A stretch of 63,451 bases of DNA, the filler included, from Salisapilia sapeloensis CBS 127946 (taxonomy: Eukaryota; Protista; Oomycota), in the NCBI GenBank assembly GCA_023334545.1. It is 16 parts of 16 records of this genome, joined end to end, with 100 filler letters (N's around TTAATTAATTAA, not from the genome) between each part and the next. Parts side by side here need not be neighbours in the genome. Positions count along the whole stretch, not along the records: positions 1 to 16,284 come from JAADVB010000353.1; positions 16,385 to 20,247 come from JAADVB010000714.1; positions 20,348 to 22,091 come from JAADVB010001059.1; positions 22,192 to 25,116 come from JAADVB010000816.1; 12 more parts are not named here. One strand, 5' to 3'. Positions 13,560-24,934 of this stretch are shown piece after piece (the stretch's first letter is position 1; every line of letters starts with the position of its first letter). The translations under genes were made by a program, and so were the position numbers. Below the pieces are notes generated by a model that saw only the letters and a list, made by a program, of their open reading frames with translations, made no database searches and was not told the origin of the DNA.

Positions 13560-14603
13560 ATGGAAACAGGGATGCCAACTTCTACTGCTCGTAGTGCTGA
13601 AGAAACTTTATTGACGGTGAAAAAGGAAGATGCAACGCAAAGTATAGTCTCGGAAAAAGAGAATGATGGTGAAACTACTGCTAGCACAGGCCGTAAACGT
13701 ACACATGACCAAGTTGAATCATCCTATGATTCCGATCGAAAGTATACAGAAGCAGAGTTACAAGCAAAGCTATCGGAAGCTATACTTCAGACTCGACAGG
13801 AACTGGAGCAAAAGGTTCAATCCAGTCTCCAGCAAGCTACGAAAGCTGAGACTGACCTCGAGTTCATATCACGAGAGCATCAATCCTCTAAAAACGAGAT
13901 TGCAACACTCCAGCATCAAGTCGAGGCAATCAAGAAGTTTCATTCGGAAATCTGCTCTCATTTCCAACTCGATGCCACTTCCAGTGACAGTCAGCAAGCA
14001 TTTGCACAAGCCCATGCGAATCTTGTCGCTCAGGTTGCTACCTGCCAAGAAACGAAATCTCAATTGGAAGAAAAGTATACGTCCCAAACCAAAGACCTTA
14101 TGGAAGCACGTGCTCGTATTGAGTCATTAGAACAACAAAACGTCAAATACCAACACACAGAGACCATCCTCGCGCAGAATATGGCCTACTTTCGACAGGG
14201 TGAGACTACCACTTCCGGTGATCGACCCGAGGCGCTTTTACAGGAGAAAGATAACCAGTTGTCGACATTGAAAAAGGAACTTGGACGGATGGAGAAAGAG
14301 ATGAAGGACATCACAAAGTATCGAGAGGAGCTAGCAAGACGAAACGCTGAGCTGGAAGCAAAAAAGCAGGAGCTGGAGGAGTCGCTAGTGAAAGTACAAG
14401 AGTCCGTCGACACGAAAGAAAAAGAAAGACTGCAAATGAAAGAACAGAACGACCGACTAAAGGATGAAAACCACGAATTATCTCGCATCGCGAGTGAAGT
14501 TCTAGATACGATGGAAGCTCAAAAGTCACAACAGGACGACAGTACCATCACATCGGATGAAATGCAGCAGAAACGGCAAAAAGTTGCGGACGCCACCGAC
14601 TAA
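13560..14603 (+). CDS. Coiled-coil protein, C-terminus resembling a TACC domain
   Basis: Intronless ORF of ~347 aa with heptad-rich E/K/Q/L composition; KDENHELSRIASEVL resembles the TACC C-terminal ENEELTxIxDEL pattern (weak). Divergent from the Tim17 gene, ATGs 99 bp apart. Confidence 0.6.
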   Translation: METGMPTSTARSAEETLLTVKKEDATQSIVSEKENDGETTASTGRKRTHDQVESSYDSDRKYTEAELQAKLSEAILQTRQELEQKVQSSLQQATKAETDLEFISREHQSSKNEIATLQHQVEAIKKFHSEICSHFQLDATSSDSQQAFAQAHANLVAQVATCQETKSQLEEKYTSQTKDLMEARARIESLEQQNVKYQHTETILAQNMAYFRQGETTTSGDRPEALLQEKDNQLSTLKKELGRMEKEMKDITKYREELARRNAELEAKKQELEESLVKVQESVDTKEKERLQMKEQNDRLKDENHELSRIASEVLDTMEAQKSQQDDSTITSDEMQQKRQKVADATD

Positions 14604-14752
14604 GAAAAGATTTTTAATGCAATTTCCTTTACGAAAGTATCTCTCCTGCTAAACGCACGCCAGTCTCTCCTACAGCAATCTTTCCCAACCTCACTTCGTA
14701 TACTAGCATGACAATGTAAGAGACTACTTATTGTATAATTTTCTATACGATA

Positions 14753-15416
14753 TCAATATACCTTTTTGTGCTTTTTACGCCGCTTCTTCTCGCCATCGTC
14801 CTTGACATAGGCAAAGCTGACGAAATTATCCGCTTCTAAATTACTTGAAGTCGACGTTTCAACTTCTTCCGATGCCACCGGTAACGTTTTACTTGGTGAT
14901 TCCACTTGTGGATCGGACATCGAGATGGGCTCAAATGCAGATGATATTGAAAACGGGTCAGGTGATGTCCCGGGTGAAGGTTCCGTCATCGCCTGCACCG
15001 TATTGACCGACGAGGCGGATTCGTTGAAATCGTGCTTGGCTATTTTCCTCGGACTCGCACTCTCCAAGTCGTCTCTATCTTGGTCGGAATCAACGTCCGA
15101 CGTGTGCTTTTCCACAGCAGGCTCATGATGCCGTTTTCGAGGGGAAGTGCTTGGCTTCTCAATCGGTTCTGGCTCATGCGTCGATGCATTCGAATCAGAC
15201 GTTCCTGTCGCCTCTGACTTGGCTAGCTTTACAGGCTTCAAAGGATTGATGTCGCTCGGTTTACTGCTATGCAAAGCGTGAAGCAAGTAGACAAATTAGA
15301 CGGGAAAGGATGAGCTTTTGAGTATTCTTGTCGGAATCAGACGAGCCGATGTAGACGTACATGGAGTAATCTCTGTTGAACAGAGGTTCTTCTTCGCGCG
15401 ATTCACAGCAGCCCAT
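14753..15416 (-). CDS. Low-complexity acidic protein with N-terminal MGCC acylation motif (2 exons)
   Basis: Exon 1 MGCCESREEEPLFNRDYS from ATG 15416; GT at 15362 splices to catag|c, continuing in frame into ORF 14753-15286; basic KKRRKKHKK tail. Confidence 0.6.
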
Positions 15417-16284
15417 GTTACTCGAGTATCTGTCAAAGCAGTGTGTATCGATAGAATAACTTGTGCGACTGGCAGGAGCTGCTGTGGAGCTCGTCGTCAC
15501 CTCCTGTCTATTGGATTTTCCACGTTTTGTCTTTGAAGCATGCCTCGACCTTAGTATAGCCAAGTGAAGCTTTTCTACCAATCCAAAAGCTTTCTTACGT
15601 TATATACCAATCGCCTTTCTTTCAAATAGCGTACGCAGCTAGAGGGACAGACCATAGCTTGAGTTCGCAATCGGCTTCTAGGATATCATGCATGGCGATT
15701 TGGATGTGTTTTATAGTGACTGTTAAGCCTTGGTTCTACCTGATATTTCAAACGATAAATTATAGTGTTCATTTTGATCTACTAGTCGTGTGAGTGATTT
15801 CGCTGTAGGGTCAACTATCTCAAGCCTCAAGCTTTTTATAGCTGCATTATTGTCCCAGGCGTTGGAAACTCCTCTATAATCGGATCTGCGAGCACAGAGC
15901 ATGCCATGCATCAGAATTTGCGACGTAGATGTATTTAAAAAATGTATGGAAGACAAACGCTTTCAAGTTTTTAATGAGAGGTATTAGCGCTACATCCTAT
16001 TTCTCTTATGTCGTCTAGTACAGCTGAAATCTTTTCCTATAGCTTTCATGTATCATACAAAAAGCAAGTTTGCAAGCCATAGCAACTTCTATCTAAAAGC
16101 AGACATTATGGGTTAAGGAAATAAGTACGAAGGCTAATTGAACACTAGCAAAGATCTAATATTTTATCTAAACTGTAGATGTAGTCATGGTCTCTATTCG
16201 TACATAAGGCAGATTACCTGTAGCGTACTTTGCCAGCGAAAAGTTTCGCCAGTATCTTCGAGTATGCTTGAATGCACCTACAAA

Positions 16285-16384
16285 NNNNNNNNNNNNNNNN
16301 NNNNNNNNNNNNNNNNNNNNNNNNNNNNTTAATTAATTAANNNNNNNNNNNNNNNNNNNNNNNNNNNNNNNNNNNNNNNNNNNN
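16285..16384. other. Artificial contig spacer (44 N + TTAATTAATTAA + 44 N), first of 15
   Basis: Identical 100-bp linker at 16285-16384, 20248-20347, 22092-22191, 25117-25216, 28014-28113, 40888-40987, 42914-43013, 46671-46770, 48217-48316, 53396-53495, 56460-56559, 58139-58238, 59240-59339, 60432-60531 and 62323-62422. TTAATTAATTAA places stops in all six frames. Confidence 0.99.
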
Positions 16385-16856
16385 AGATCGCTATCAGTGT
16401 TCAACACGGACAATCACGCATACAATGCTTCTGAAGGGTCTCGAGAAGCGGAATGTCGGTGGCGTCAGTCAATACTCTATCTCTAGGTACGGGTACAGTT
16501 CATGTACTATCAGATCGTACATCGCTTGCTTTCTCCAGCTCCTGGATGGCACTCAAGAAGCATTCACCATACTTTCACTCGTATCGACTTCCTGCGCGAC
16601 ACCCTAGACTACTGCCGTGCATGGAACCAACAAGCGAAGAGTTGTGCCCACAAGACCGTCAGCACTCTTGCCGGTTGAGTGATGGTAGTTCTCTGTATCC
16701 ACCTCGGCTGAGGCGGCACTGGATCATCTTCCATTCCCGTCTTTGCTACGTCCACCCCACACTCTCTGCTTCCTCCGCTGCCCAGTCTGCAGCGTATCTG
16801 GTCGCCCCGGAGTGCCACCCACCACCACTTTGTCGTCTACTTGACCACGCTCCAGA

Positions 16857-17443
16857 ATGCCCTTCTCGGAAGAAATGCGCCGACAGCTCTACGCGAGCAA
16901 GGAGGACGGAGAATGGTCCAGAGTCATCCGCATCCCGCAGGTCCGATCTCCCGGTCCGCACGCCGCCACGGCCTCGCTGTGGTCCAAGGCGGAGCACGAT
17001 CGCTTCTTGGCGGCTCTCGAGCTGTATCCGCAAGGTCCGTGGAAGTCAATCGCGGACCACGTCGGCAGCAAGACCGTTCGGCAGTCCATCGCGCATGCGC
17101 AGAAGGTGAGTTTCGTTGTCGTGTATGATGTATGGATGGCTGTACTGAGTGGACGCGCTCGACCTAGTACCGCCAGAAGATAGCGAGGTGGAAGCGATTC
17201 GGAGAGGATGACGGTGACAGGGTGGAAAGGTACTCGATTCCGACCGACGTTCGGCAGGGTGTACGAATACATCCGCCTGGGGCGGAGGGCATGGAAGAAG
17301 AAGAGGACGAGGAGCAGTTCCAGACCGGACTCCGAGTGGCGCTAGCGCTGACGGATCAGATCGGTGACCTCCAGCAGGATCTCGGCTTCAGCATGCCTGA
17401 ATTCAAAGCGAACGGAACTAACTGCCACAACACCGACCCTTGA
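16857..17443 (+). CDS. SHAQKYF-class single-repeat Myb transcription factor (2 exons)
   Basis: WSKAEHDRFLAALELYPQGPWKSIADHVGSKTVRQSIAHAQK, intron from gtgag 17106 to ctag, then YRQKIARWKR. Confidence 0.85.
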
Positions 17444-17557
17444 CCACTCTCCCGGCCTCCTGTATCACCCTCCTGAACGCCCACAGACAAATTCATATCA
17501 CGAGTAAATAAAATATACTTTGGACACGGACACTCCTACGCACTTGCCCCGCCGTGC

Positions 17558-18783
17558 TCATATCTGCACCAGGTGAACCGCCTCCTCGTCGCACACAGCC
17601 ACGCACCGGTGCGTCTTGGACCAGTCCACCTGCACGATGCCGCTCGGAGACGCGAACCGAGTGGCCTTGGTCCAGCCGTTCGGACTGTCGGCCGAGCACC
17701 CGGAAATGTCCGACAGAGCCATCGTGCCGTCCGCACTGCCGCTGCACAGCATGTTCGGCGCCTGCGTCGACCACGACAGCGCGTTCACGTACGACGAGTG
17801 CGGCGTGAGGCGACACAGAGGCACGCCGCCCGCCCGGATGTCCAGCACGATGATCTCGTTGCTGCCGAACACGAACGTGGCCACGTACTGGGGGTTCTCC
17901 AGGTTCCACGCCAGGCGCGGCATCGGCGCAGCTCCGTCCGAGTCGTACAAGATGGTGCTGTCGATGGCAACTGTGAGACGCACTGGAGATCATAGAAAAC
18001 AACCTGGTGGACGTACCTCGACGTCAGGTCTCGCAGGTCGAAGCGACGCAGCGTGCCGTCCTCGCTCACGGACGCGAACACGTTGGCGTCGCTCGAGAAG
18101 GCCACGTCGTACACCTCCTTGTCGTGCGCCATGATCTGCCGAAAGACCGACTTGTTCCTCTGTCGAGACGGATAGGACCATTTATACATACTGTCAGATG
18201 ATATCCAAATTCAAAAATACGTTAATGTCCCAGACGCGCAGCGTGTAGTCGACGCTCGAGGCCACGAGAAAGTTGGGCGAGTGCTGGCTCCAGTCAAAGC
18301 TCGTCAGCGGCTCCGGCGAGCTCTGGTGGTCCACCTGCGCATCGCGTCCGAGTGAGTTCCACACATTCGCCCATACAACCTGACAGCACGCACCTCCCGC
18401 AGCGTCGCGTGCAGACGGATGCCCGAGTCCGTGACGGAGAAGAGTCGGATGTAGTCGACCGAGGTGGCAATGTACTGCTCCGACGCGCTGATGGACGGAG
18501 GGCTCCACATGACGTTGCTCGCGGGGTACGCGTGCTCAATGTCCAGGACGCACTGGAGTGCCGACCCGTCTCGCTTCGGCTGCAACACCTACGTCCATAC
18601 ACGCCGAGTCAGTCGAGCCGTCTCCCATCCGCAGCGTATCTTGGCATCTACCTGCAGTCGCTGCAGATACTCGCCCTTGACGTTGGTGCATGCCGCCAGC
18701 CGAAAGTCCTTCGGGTGGAGACCGAGTGCAAAGTAGTGATGGCTGCCGTGGTGGCTGATGAAGTTGTGCGACGCCGTGGCCAT
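17558..18783 (-). CDS. DCAF7: WD40 protein, DCAF7/WDR68/AN11-like (multi-exon)
   Basis: EHAYPASNVMWSP, EPLTSFDWS, SSVDYTLRVWD, AHDKEVYDVAF, FASVSEDGTLRRFDLR, PRLAWNLENPQYVATF, HSSYVNALSWS. Confidence 0.82.
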
Positions 18784-18850
18784 GTCGGGCGGTGATTTTG
18801 TGTATTTTGGTTGTCGGGGAAAGACTTGTGTGTCCTCGGAAGGTTTGAGC

Positions 18851-18898
18851 AGAGCATCAGAGCATCAGAGCATCAGAGCATCAGAGCATCAGAGCATC
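18851..18898 (+). repeat. Perfect 8-bp microsatellite (AGAGCATC)x6 in a bidirectional promoter
   Basis: Six exact copies between divergent ATGs at 18783 (-) and 18913 (+). Confidence 0.95.
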
Positions 18899-18912
18899 GA
18901 ATCAGACGCAGG

Positions 18913-20247
18913 ATGGAGCTGCGGAGACGAAGGAGCGTGCTGGGAGGTCTTGCGGTGGTGCTGGCTGCGGCGGTGATGCTGGCAGCGGTGTGCATGCCGT
19001 CTGCAATGGCGGAGGACGAGCAGGCGCTGGAGTATGCCGTGTACGAGGTGGAGCTGGCCGAGGACGACGAGCTCATTCGGTGTCGTATCTGCGGCGAGCC
19101 TGTGGGTCTGAAGAGGTATGTTTTGCTTGGCCGTGTTGATTGGATGTGATGCATAAAACTGATGTGCTTGGCAGCGAGTACATGCATGCGCACGACACGT
19201 CGAAAGCGGTGGAGTCTCGGTCCGAGCCGCTGCTGGGCGACGACGGCGAGACGCTTACGTTTCTCAACCTGAACGACGTAGGCAGGAGCATGTCTTTATG
19301 AGTTGTACGTGTGGACTGACTCGATGTCCCCTGGCAGGTGGAGGTGGAAGTCGCGACGTTCTACGCCGCGGCGGGGATCGAAGACGAGAAGCAGTCGACG
19401 GAGCACTCGTTCTTTGCCGACTACAGCTGGAGAGGCCTCCGGTGTGCCGGTTGCAAGCGTCACTTGGGGTATGTCGTAGACGTGCTCTTGATTGCAGCTC
19501 GAGTCCTAATCTTCCGGCGATAGGTGGAAGTTCATGCACCACGAGCACCAGGAGTGCATCGACGATAAGATAAAGCTCGGCGGTCGCGACCAGGCCGTTC
19601 GGGACAAGAGTCGTACGCAGCAGTCCGAGGTGGAGGAGGCGCACAGACGACGGGAAGAGACCGTTCGGAAGCAGCTGCAGGATAAGTGTCTCTATGCGTC
19701 CGGAGGTTGGTGGAAGTACTCTGTGTGCTTCGAGCAGGAGGTGCGGCAGTACCACGAAGAGGCGGACGGGAAGCGCACGAGCGACTGGAGTATGGGCAAG
19801 TTTGACGCGGAGGCGACAGCTGAGGCGAACGCGATGCCTCCGCAAGACGTTGTGGACGCACTGGCGTGGACTGATCCACCGGCCGAGGTTATCCAGCACT
19901 ACAGCGGCGGTCAAAAGTGTGATGAGAACGGCGCCGAGCGGAGCAGCAAGGTGGTGTTCAAGTGCTGCGCGTCTCGACCGAAGGAGCCGATGCTGGACGC
20001 GATCGACGAGCCTTCGTTGTGTTCGTACGAGATCTCGGTGTGCGTAACGGAGCTGTGCGATGCGAGTCCAAAGACGGCTGCGACGGACGAGGAGCGTGTG
20101 CAGGCGGAGGAGGCGTGCGAGGCCGAGTTCGAAGCAAAGCACTCGGAAGACGACGTCCAGCCGTCGTTTGTTGGTCTGCTGTGGAAGAAGGTGATTTCGG
20201 ACGAAAGCAGCGAACTTGACTTTGCTAGAAAACTCAAACTGGAAGCA
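18913..20247 (+). CDS. Signal peptide + cereblon-type CULT domain + MRH (OS9/PRKCSH-like) lectin domain; 3'-truncated
   Basis: Hydrophobic signal sequence; CRIC ... HSFFADYSWRGLRCAGCKRHLG|WKF (CULT); CLYASGGWWKYSVCFEQEVRQYH ... YSGGQKCD ... IDEPSLCSYEISVCVTELC (MRH); introns inferred at GT-AG sites. Confidence 0.8.
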
Positions 20248-20386
20248 NNNNNNNNNNNNNNNNNNNNNNNNNNNNNNNNNNNNNNNNNNNNTTAATTAAT
20301 TAANNNNNNNNNNNNNNNNNNNNNNNNNNNNNNNNNNNNNNNNNNNNACGTCGCCGAATGAAGACGCGCAGGCCGTCAAAAACATC

Positions 20387-21229
20387 ATGGTCGAGTCGCT
20401 GAATCGATACCCGTATCGGCCACTGCCTCTGAATGTCCAGCTCACATCAAGCTCGACGAAAGCGAATCACACGGTCTATCACTGTGTTACCACGAGTAGC
20501 ATTTCCCATCGGACGTATGAGAAGGACTACCGGTACTCGGAGTTCCGAGCGTTTATCGAATCGGTCGTCTCGGAATGTACTTGCCACGAAGCCGGATGTG
20601 GAGGCGCCTGCGGTCCGTTTCAGGACGCATTGGAAATGTGCTTTCCACGACGTCGTATTCTGTCCTCGAACTCCAAGTCCGCCATTAAAGACCGTATGGG
20701 CAAAGTTACGCAAGTTTTCCGGCATCTCCTCCGTACCATCTTGCTTCCAGGATCCGTCATGCGATGTGAGACTGCGAGAGATCTCCTCCCACCTGCGATT
20801 TTCCGCTTTTTGGGCGTCGATGATTTGCTCGATCAACGTACACTGCTTGAAATCTACGTCGACACAATCCAATGCGAGAAGAATGTAAAACCCTCTCCGT
20901 CCTCCACCGAAACGAGTCTTATGGAGCAAGGTGCGCAATGCGTCATCTGTCTAGATGAAATGGAATCTACCTACTTCAAAAGCGAGACGGATCGCCATGA
21001 TGCCAACGAGATGCTTTGTGTGTCCTTGGCCTGTCGCCACACCTTCCATCGAAAGTGTTTATTCGAGTGGCTGCAGTATGAGAGTCACTGCCCAGTATGC
21101 AAGCATCGCGTGGGCCCTCCTTCGGTTGCTATCTGTTGCTTCACCACGCGAGGTATCCAGTGGTGGCTGGACCTATTCCAAGAATGCCCGGGGAAGATCA
21201 AGCCTGAGTCGTCGGAGAAAATCAATTAG
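20387..21229 (+). CDS. PX-like + RING-H2 E3 ligase (oomycete family); may extend 5' of the contig start
   Basis: EKDYRYSEFRAF...FPRRR PX-like segment; CVIC...LACRHTFHRKCLFEWLQYESHCPVCK RING-H2; frame is open back to 20348. Confidence 0.85.
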   Translation: MVESLNRYPYRPLPLNVQLTSSSTKANHTVYHCVTTSSISHRTYEKDYRYSEFRAFIESVVSECTCHEAGCGGACGPFQDALEMCFPRRRILSSNSKSAIKDRMGKVTQVFRHLLRTILLPGSVMRCETARDLLPPAIFRFLGVDDLLDQRTLLEIYVDTIQCEKNVKPSPSSTETSLMEQGAQCVICLDEMESTYFKSETDRHDANEMLCVSLACRHTFHRKCLFEWLQYESHCPVCKHRVGPPSVAICCFTTRGIQWWLDLFQECPGKIKPESSEKIN

Positions 21230-21821
21230 AGTATTGCACTGTTTATCTCTGTTCGTGGCATGCAAAGATGCGAAACGAGTTACGGGTTGCGAGCTTATCC
21301 GCCGCCCGATGCCTAGACACAGCATAAATCTCCATTTCTGCTAAAGACGCCACGCGGAATCGTGAGAGGATATTCGACTCGACCGAACTATGGTCTTCAC
21401 CGGTGGTACAGTGCTCATCGGTTGTCTACTAGCACTATGCTTAGTCTCATTTAGAGTGATTGAGCATGTCTGGGTGCGAATAATGGAACCATCTTCCTCT
21501 TCATGAGCCAGAGGCGAAATGTGTTCTGGTGGGCTTGTTGGAGGATGAGACGAGAGGTAGCGAACAGGATTCGATCGGTGGTAATCAAGCGGTAACCCAG
21601 ACCGGTCATCAGCGTATTGGTCACTTGGCTATACGAGTCTTCAATCGGAGCCATTCGGAAGGAACAGACGAAACACCTGACACACTAAGCTGGAATACAC
21701 AGCAGAAGCAACCCGGACGAAAGTATTGCAATAAACAGTTATTAGCGACACAGCCTGCTGTCAATGAGTGAAAGCGTTTGTCGGATTCAATCTCTTCACA
21801 TATAAGCAGCATGTTTTCCTT

Positions 21822-22091
21822 TCACTTGGACCCTACACTGGTCGATTCATCTTGTCGGAGCCGCATCTCAGTCATCTTTAGCCACGATAGCTGCCGGTCA
21901 CGTTCGCGCTCTTTTAGATCAAGTTCCATGGAGCTACTTCTCCATATCTGCTCAATCATCATATCCCACTCTTCAGAATCGGTGGAAGCGCCTCGCATGA
22001 GAGACCCTTCGTCTGAGGATCTCCGAGACTCAATTATTGGAGTATCATCACTCCATGATGTTAGCTGGGCAAAGGCACTGAGTGAGCCTTC
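21822..22091 (-). pseudogene. 3' end of the START-FYVE (pseudo)gene whose body lies at 26608-28013
   Basis: 21951-22091 is the exact reverse complement of 27873-28013; the frame continues IEQIWRSSSMELDLKERE...SVGSK to TGA at 21824-21822. Confidence 0.8.
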
Positions 22092-22191
22092 NNNNNNNNN
22101 NNNNNNNNNNNNNNNNNNNNNNNNNNNNNNNNNNNTTAATTAATTAANNNNNNNNNNNNNNNNNNNNNNNNNNNNNNNNNNNNNNNNNNNN

Positions 22192-22300
22192 ACACGTACC
22201 TACATGAACACGTACCTACATGAACACGTACCTACATGAACACGTACCTACACGAACACGTACCTACATGAAGATCGTACCTTCACGAAAACGTACTTCA
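22192..22300 (+). repeat. 16-bp minisatellite (ACACGTACCTACATGA), 5 near-perfect + 2 degenerate copies, cut by contig start
   Basis: Units at 22192, 22208, 22224, 22240 and 22256, then degenerate units at 22272 and 22289. Confidence 0.95.
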
Positions 22301-22567
22301 TTGCGGGCGTACTTAGACGAAGCTTTTTAGTACTCCCTTGCACATTTTCTTCTTTTGCACACTGCGTGTATCCTTATACTATCAAATGGTCTATCCTTAT
22401 CACATAGTCTATGATTCTACTTCCGTTTCTTCAACTTACTAGAACCTCTTATACATAAACATATCAACTTTGGTCGTACTAGTACTTCCTTCAACACAAT
22501 ATAAACCATTCGGAACAAGATTTCTTTACATTAGTCGTTACTCGACTCCAATTTCTCCCTCAAAACA

Positions 22568-24274
22568 ATGGTAAAGTGCTGCTATTTCCCCGTCTGTGGG
22601 GAGACATTTGACAGAAAGCGGTCTATGGAACGTCATGCGATGCATGTTCATGGACATATCAACAGAATCTTCTGCAAGGAGTGCTCTGACTTGCATACCT
22701 TTGCTAGTCAACGGAGCTACAGGAAGCATCTCAAGAATCATCAACCGGCTACATGTCCGAAATGTAGCCTGCTTCTCTCCCGGAATAACGTCCGCAGACA
22801 CATGGCTACATGTACCGAGGAAGTGCCAGGTGAAGATGAACTAGAGGAGAAGAGTGCCGAACCGGAAGATTCTATCGATCCGGAACCTGTTCCTCGATTT
22901 GAGAATGCCGGTCAACCACAAAGGTCCCATCGCGGTGCGCCTCCTGAGGATGCTGCGATCAAGATTTTCAAGGACTTTTGGATCAATCTTGGTTCAATGA
23001 GTGGAGTCGGAGCTGGATCTGGTACAGAAGCCAAGAGGAGTCGGAAGTTTCAGAAGTTTCGGACATGTATCGGGATTATGTCTCGAGTTTATGATATGGA
23101 TGTGATCCAGATGTCCAAGAGATTGGTTACAGATGAAGGTCTCCGTGACTTATTTGCCGTACGCAAATTTGCAAAGGTCCAAGCTGCATTGTCTTATAGT
23201 GACAATGGTCGGGAACTTCAGGCTACAACGGTGTATAACTACATCAGAGGCTTCGTTTATTACCTGGAATATCGGATTACTGCCCACCAGAACAAGTTCT
23301 TAAAGCCTACTCTGGAGCTACTTCAGAATACAGGCAAAAGAGTGTCCAAGTTGCGGAATCAGACCGACCATATCACCCAGAAAGCTCAACGATTGGCTGA
23401 ATTGCCACAGGTCGATGACTTTTTAGCTTGGATTCATGGCGATTTAAAGTCCGCAATGTATGCCGCCAGAAGTGACATGAATGTTATGGAGGTTTCCAGA
23501 GAACATATTATCGCGGCACGAAATTATTTACTCGTTGCCATCATGTTCGCTGTACCTCCACAACGACTTCAATTTCTTATGCTTATTGAAGAGAAGGATG
23601 TCGAGCATACGCAGGATGGTTTCCGGATGAAAATCCGCCATCATAAGACGTCGAACAAGTATGGCACGGCTTTCATACATTTTTCAAGACGTTATGCCGA
23701 TTCGATCCAGACTTATATGGATATCCGGAAGAAATACCTGCAACGATTGGGTAAAAATACCCCTCAATTGTTCATCGATGTGAAGGGAAACCCGGAGCGA
23801 TATTTGAGCAAAAGGTTCAAGAAGTTAGTACTGGATCGCTTCAATAAGGATGTTAATATCCGGGACTGCAGAAGCCTCTACATTACGTATGCTAGTCAAA
23901 ACTTTACAATGAAGGAATTGTATGAGCTGTCTCGGTTGATGTACCATTCCTTCCAGACTCAGCAGCAAATGTACCGGGCGGATACCGTTGTGCAGCAGGA
24001 AAGAATTTCGGCTCGTATTACAACTAGAATTGAAAACCAGCGACAGAGTATGCCAATGGAAGAGGAGGAAGCAGCTCCGTTACCTGTCTTAGTGACATCG
24101 AGTGAGCAAGATCCGTTCCATAGTGAAGACCAGTTACAAGACGAGCCCGTTTTAGAAGAACTAGCTATTCCTACCCAGGAGGATTATGTGACGGAAGATC
24201 ACTATGGGGACCTTCCGGACGATGTTCTAGCTGCTGCGTTGGATAGCGTCGAGCAAGGCCTCGATCGCAATTAG
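22568..24274 (+). mobile_element. C2H2-zinc-finger tyrosine recombinase, 568 aa (Crypton-like or virus-type element)
   Basis: Three zinc-finger-like units (CPVC..H..H, CKEC..H..H, CPKC..H..C); YR catalytic set R (AVPPQR), K (HHKTSNKYG), RxxR (IRDCR) for HxxR, H (MYHS) and Y (QQQMY); intronless, with AT-rich flanks. Confidence 0.78.
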
Positions 24275-24934
24275 GACATTCAGTCTTAATTCGGGTGGGT
24301 TTTTTATTCGATGATAGGTTCTTTAGTGACTTTGAGATTTTCCTGCTCATAAAAATAAAAATGTTCTTCTCTTTCAGACAAGTTTTCATTTTTGGTCTTC
24401 AAAATGGAATGCAAAAGCTACCTATGTAGTATGGAAGTACTTTGGTAGAGATCTGAATAAGTACGAAGTGCTAATTTGCAAAGGTAGGAAGTACACTAAA
24501 GTGCTATATGTATAAGGTATACAAAGGTAGTATGTTGTATAGTAAGAGATAAAAGTACTGTGTAGAATAGTAAGCTTAATTGAAAAGAGAAGGTTTTTAG
24601 GATGTTTGCAAATAGAATTCTTGAAGTTAATAAGAACAAGCACAGTTTATTGAAGGTACAGCAGGTAGTGAATGATATGCCTCCGTACATCTAGGATCTG
24701 AATGCTTTCGCTATAGGATAGCTAGGCAGGTCAGGATCCCCGTGGTCTAAAAGACAACGTACAAAGCGACACATCTAAACACTACAGACACACCAGGTGA
24801 TTAGACTGAGAAATCTCGAGAGAAAACGTTAAGCGCCCATCGGTAGGTGACTGTACAAACAACAAACTGTGAAGTTCGTATTTTTTACTATTATATATAC
24901 CCCAAGCTTCCACTATATACAGCAGCATTGTTCC

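Noticed and set aside
16385-16730. Possible 3' fragment of a spliced gene (TRIDFLRDTLDYCRAWNQQAK)
   Set aside because: Could not build a consistent exon chain or assign a family
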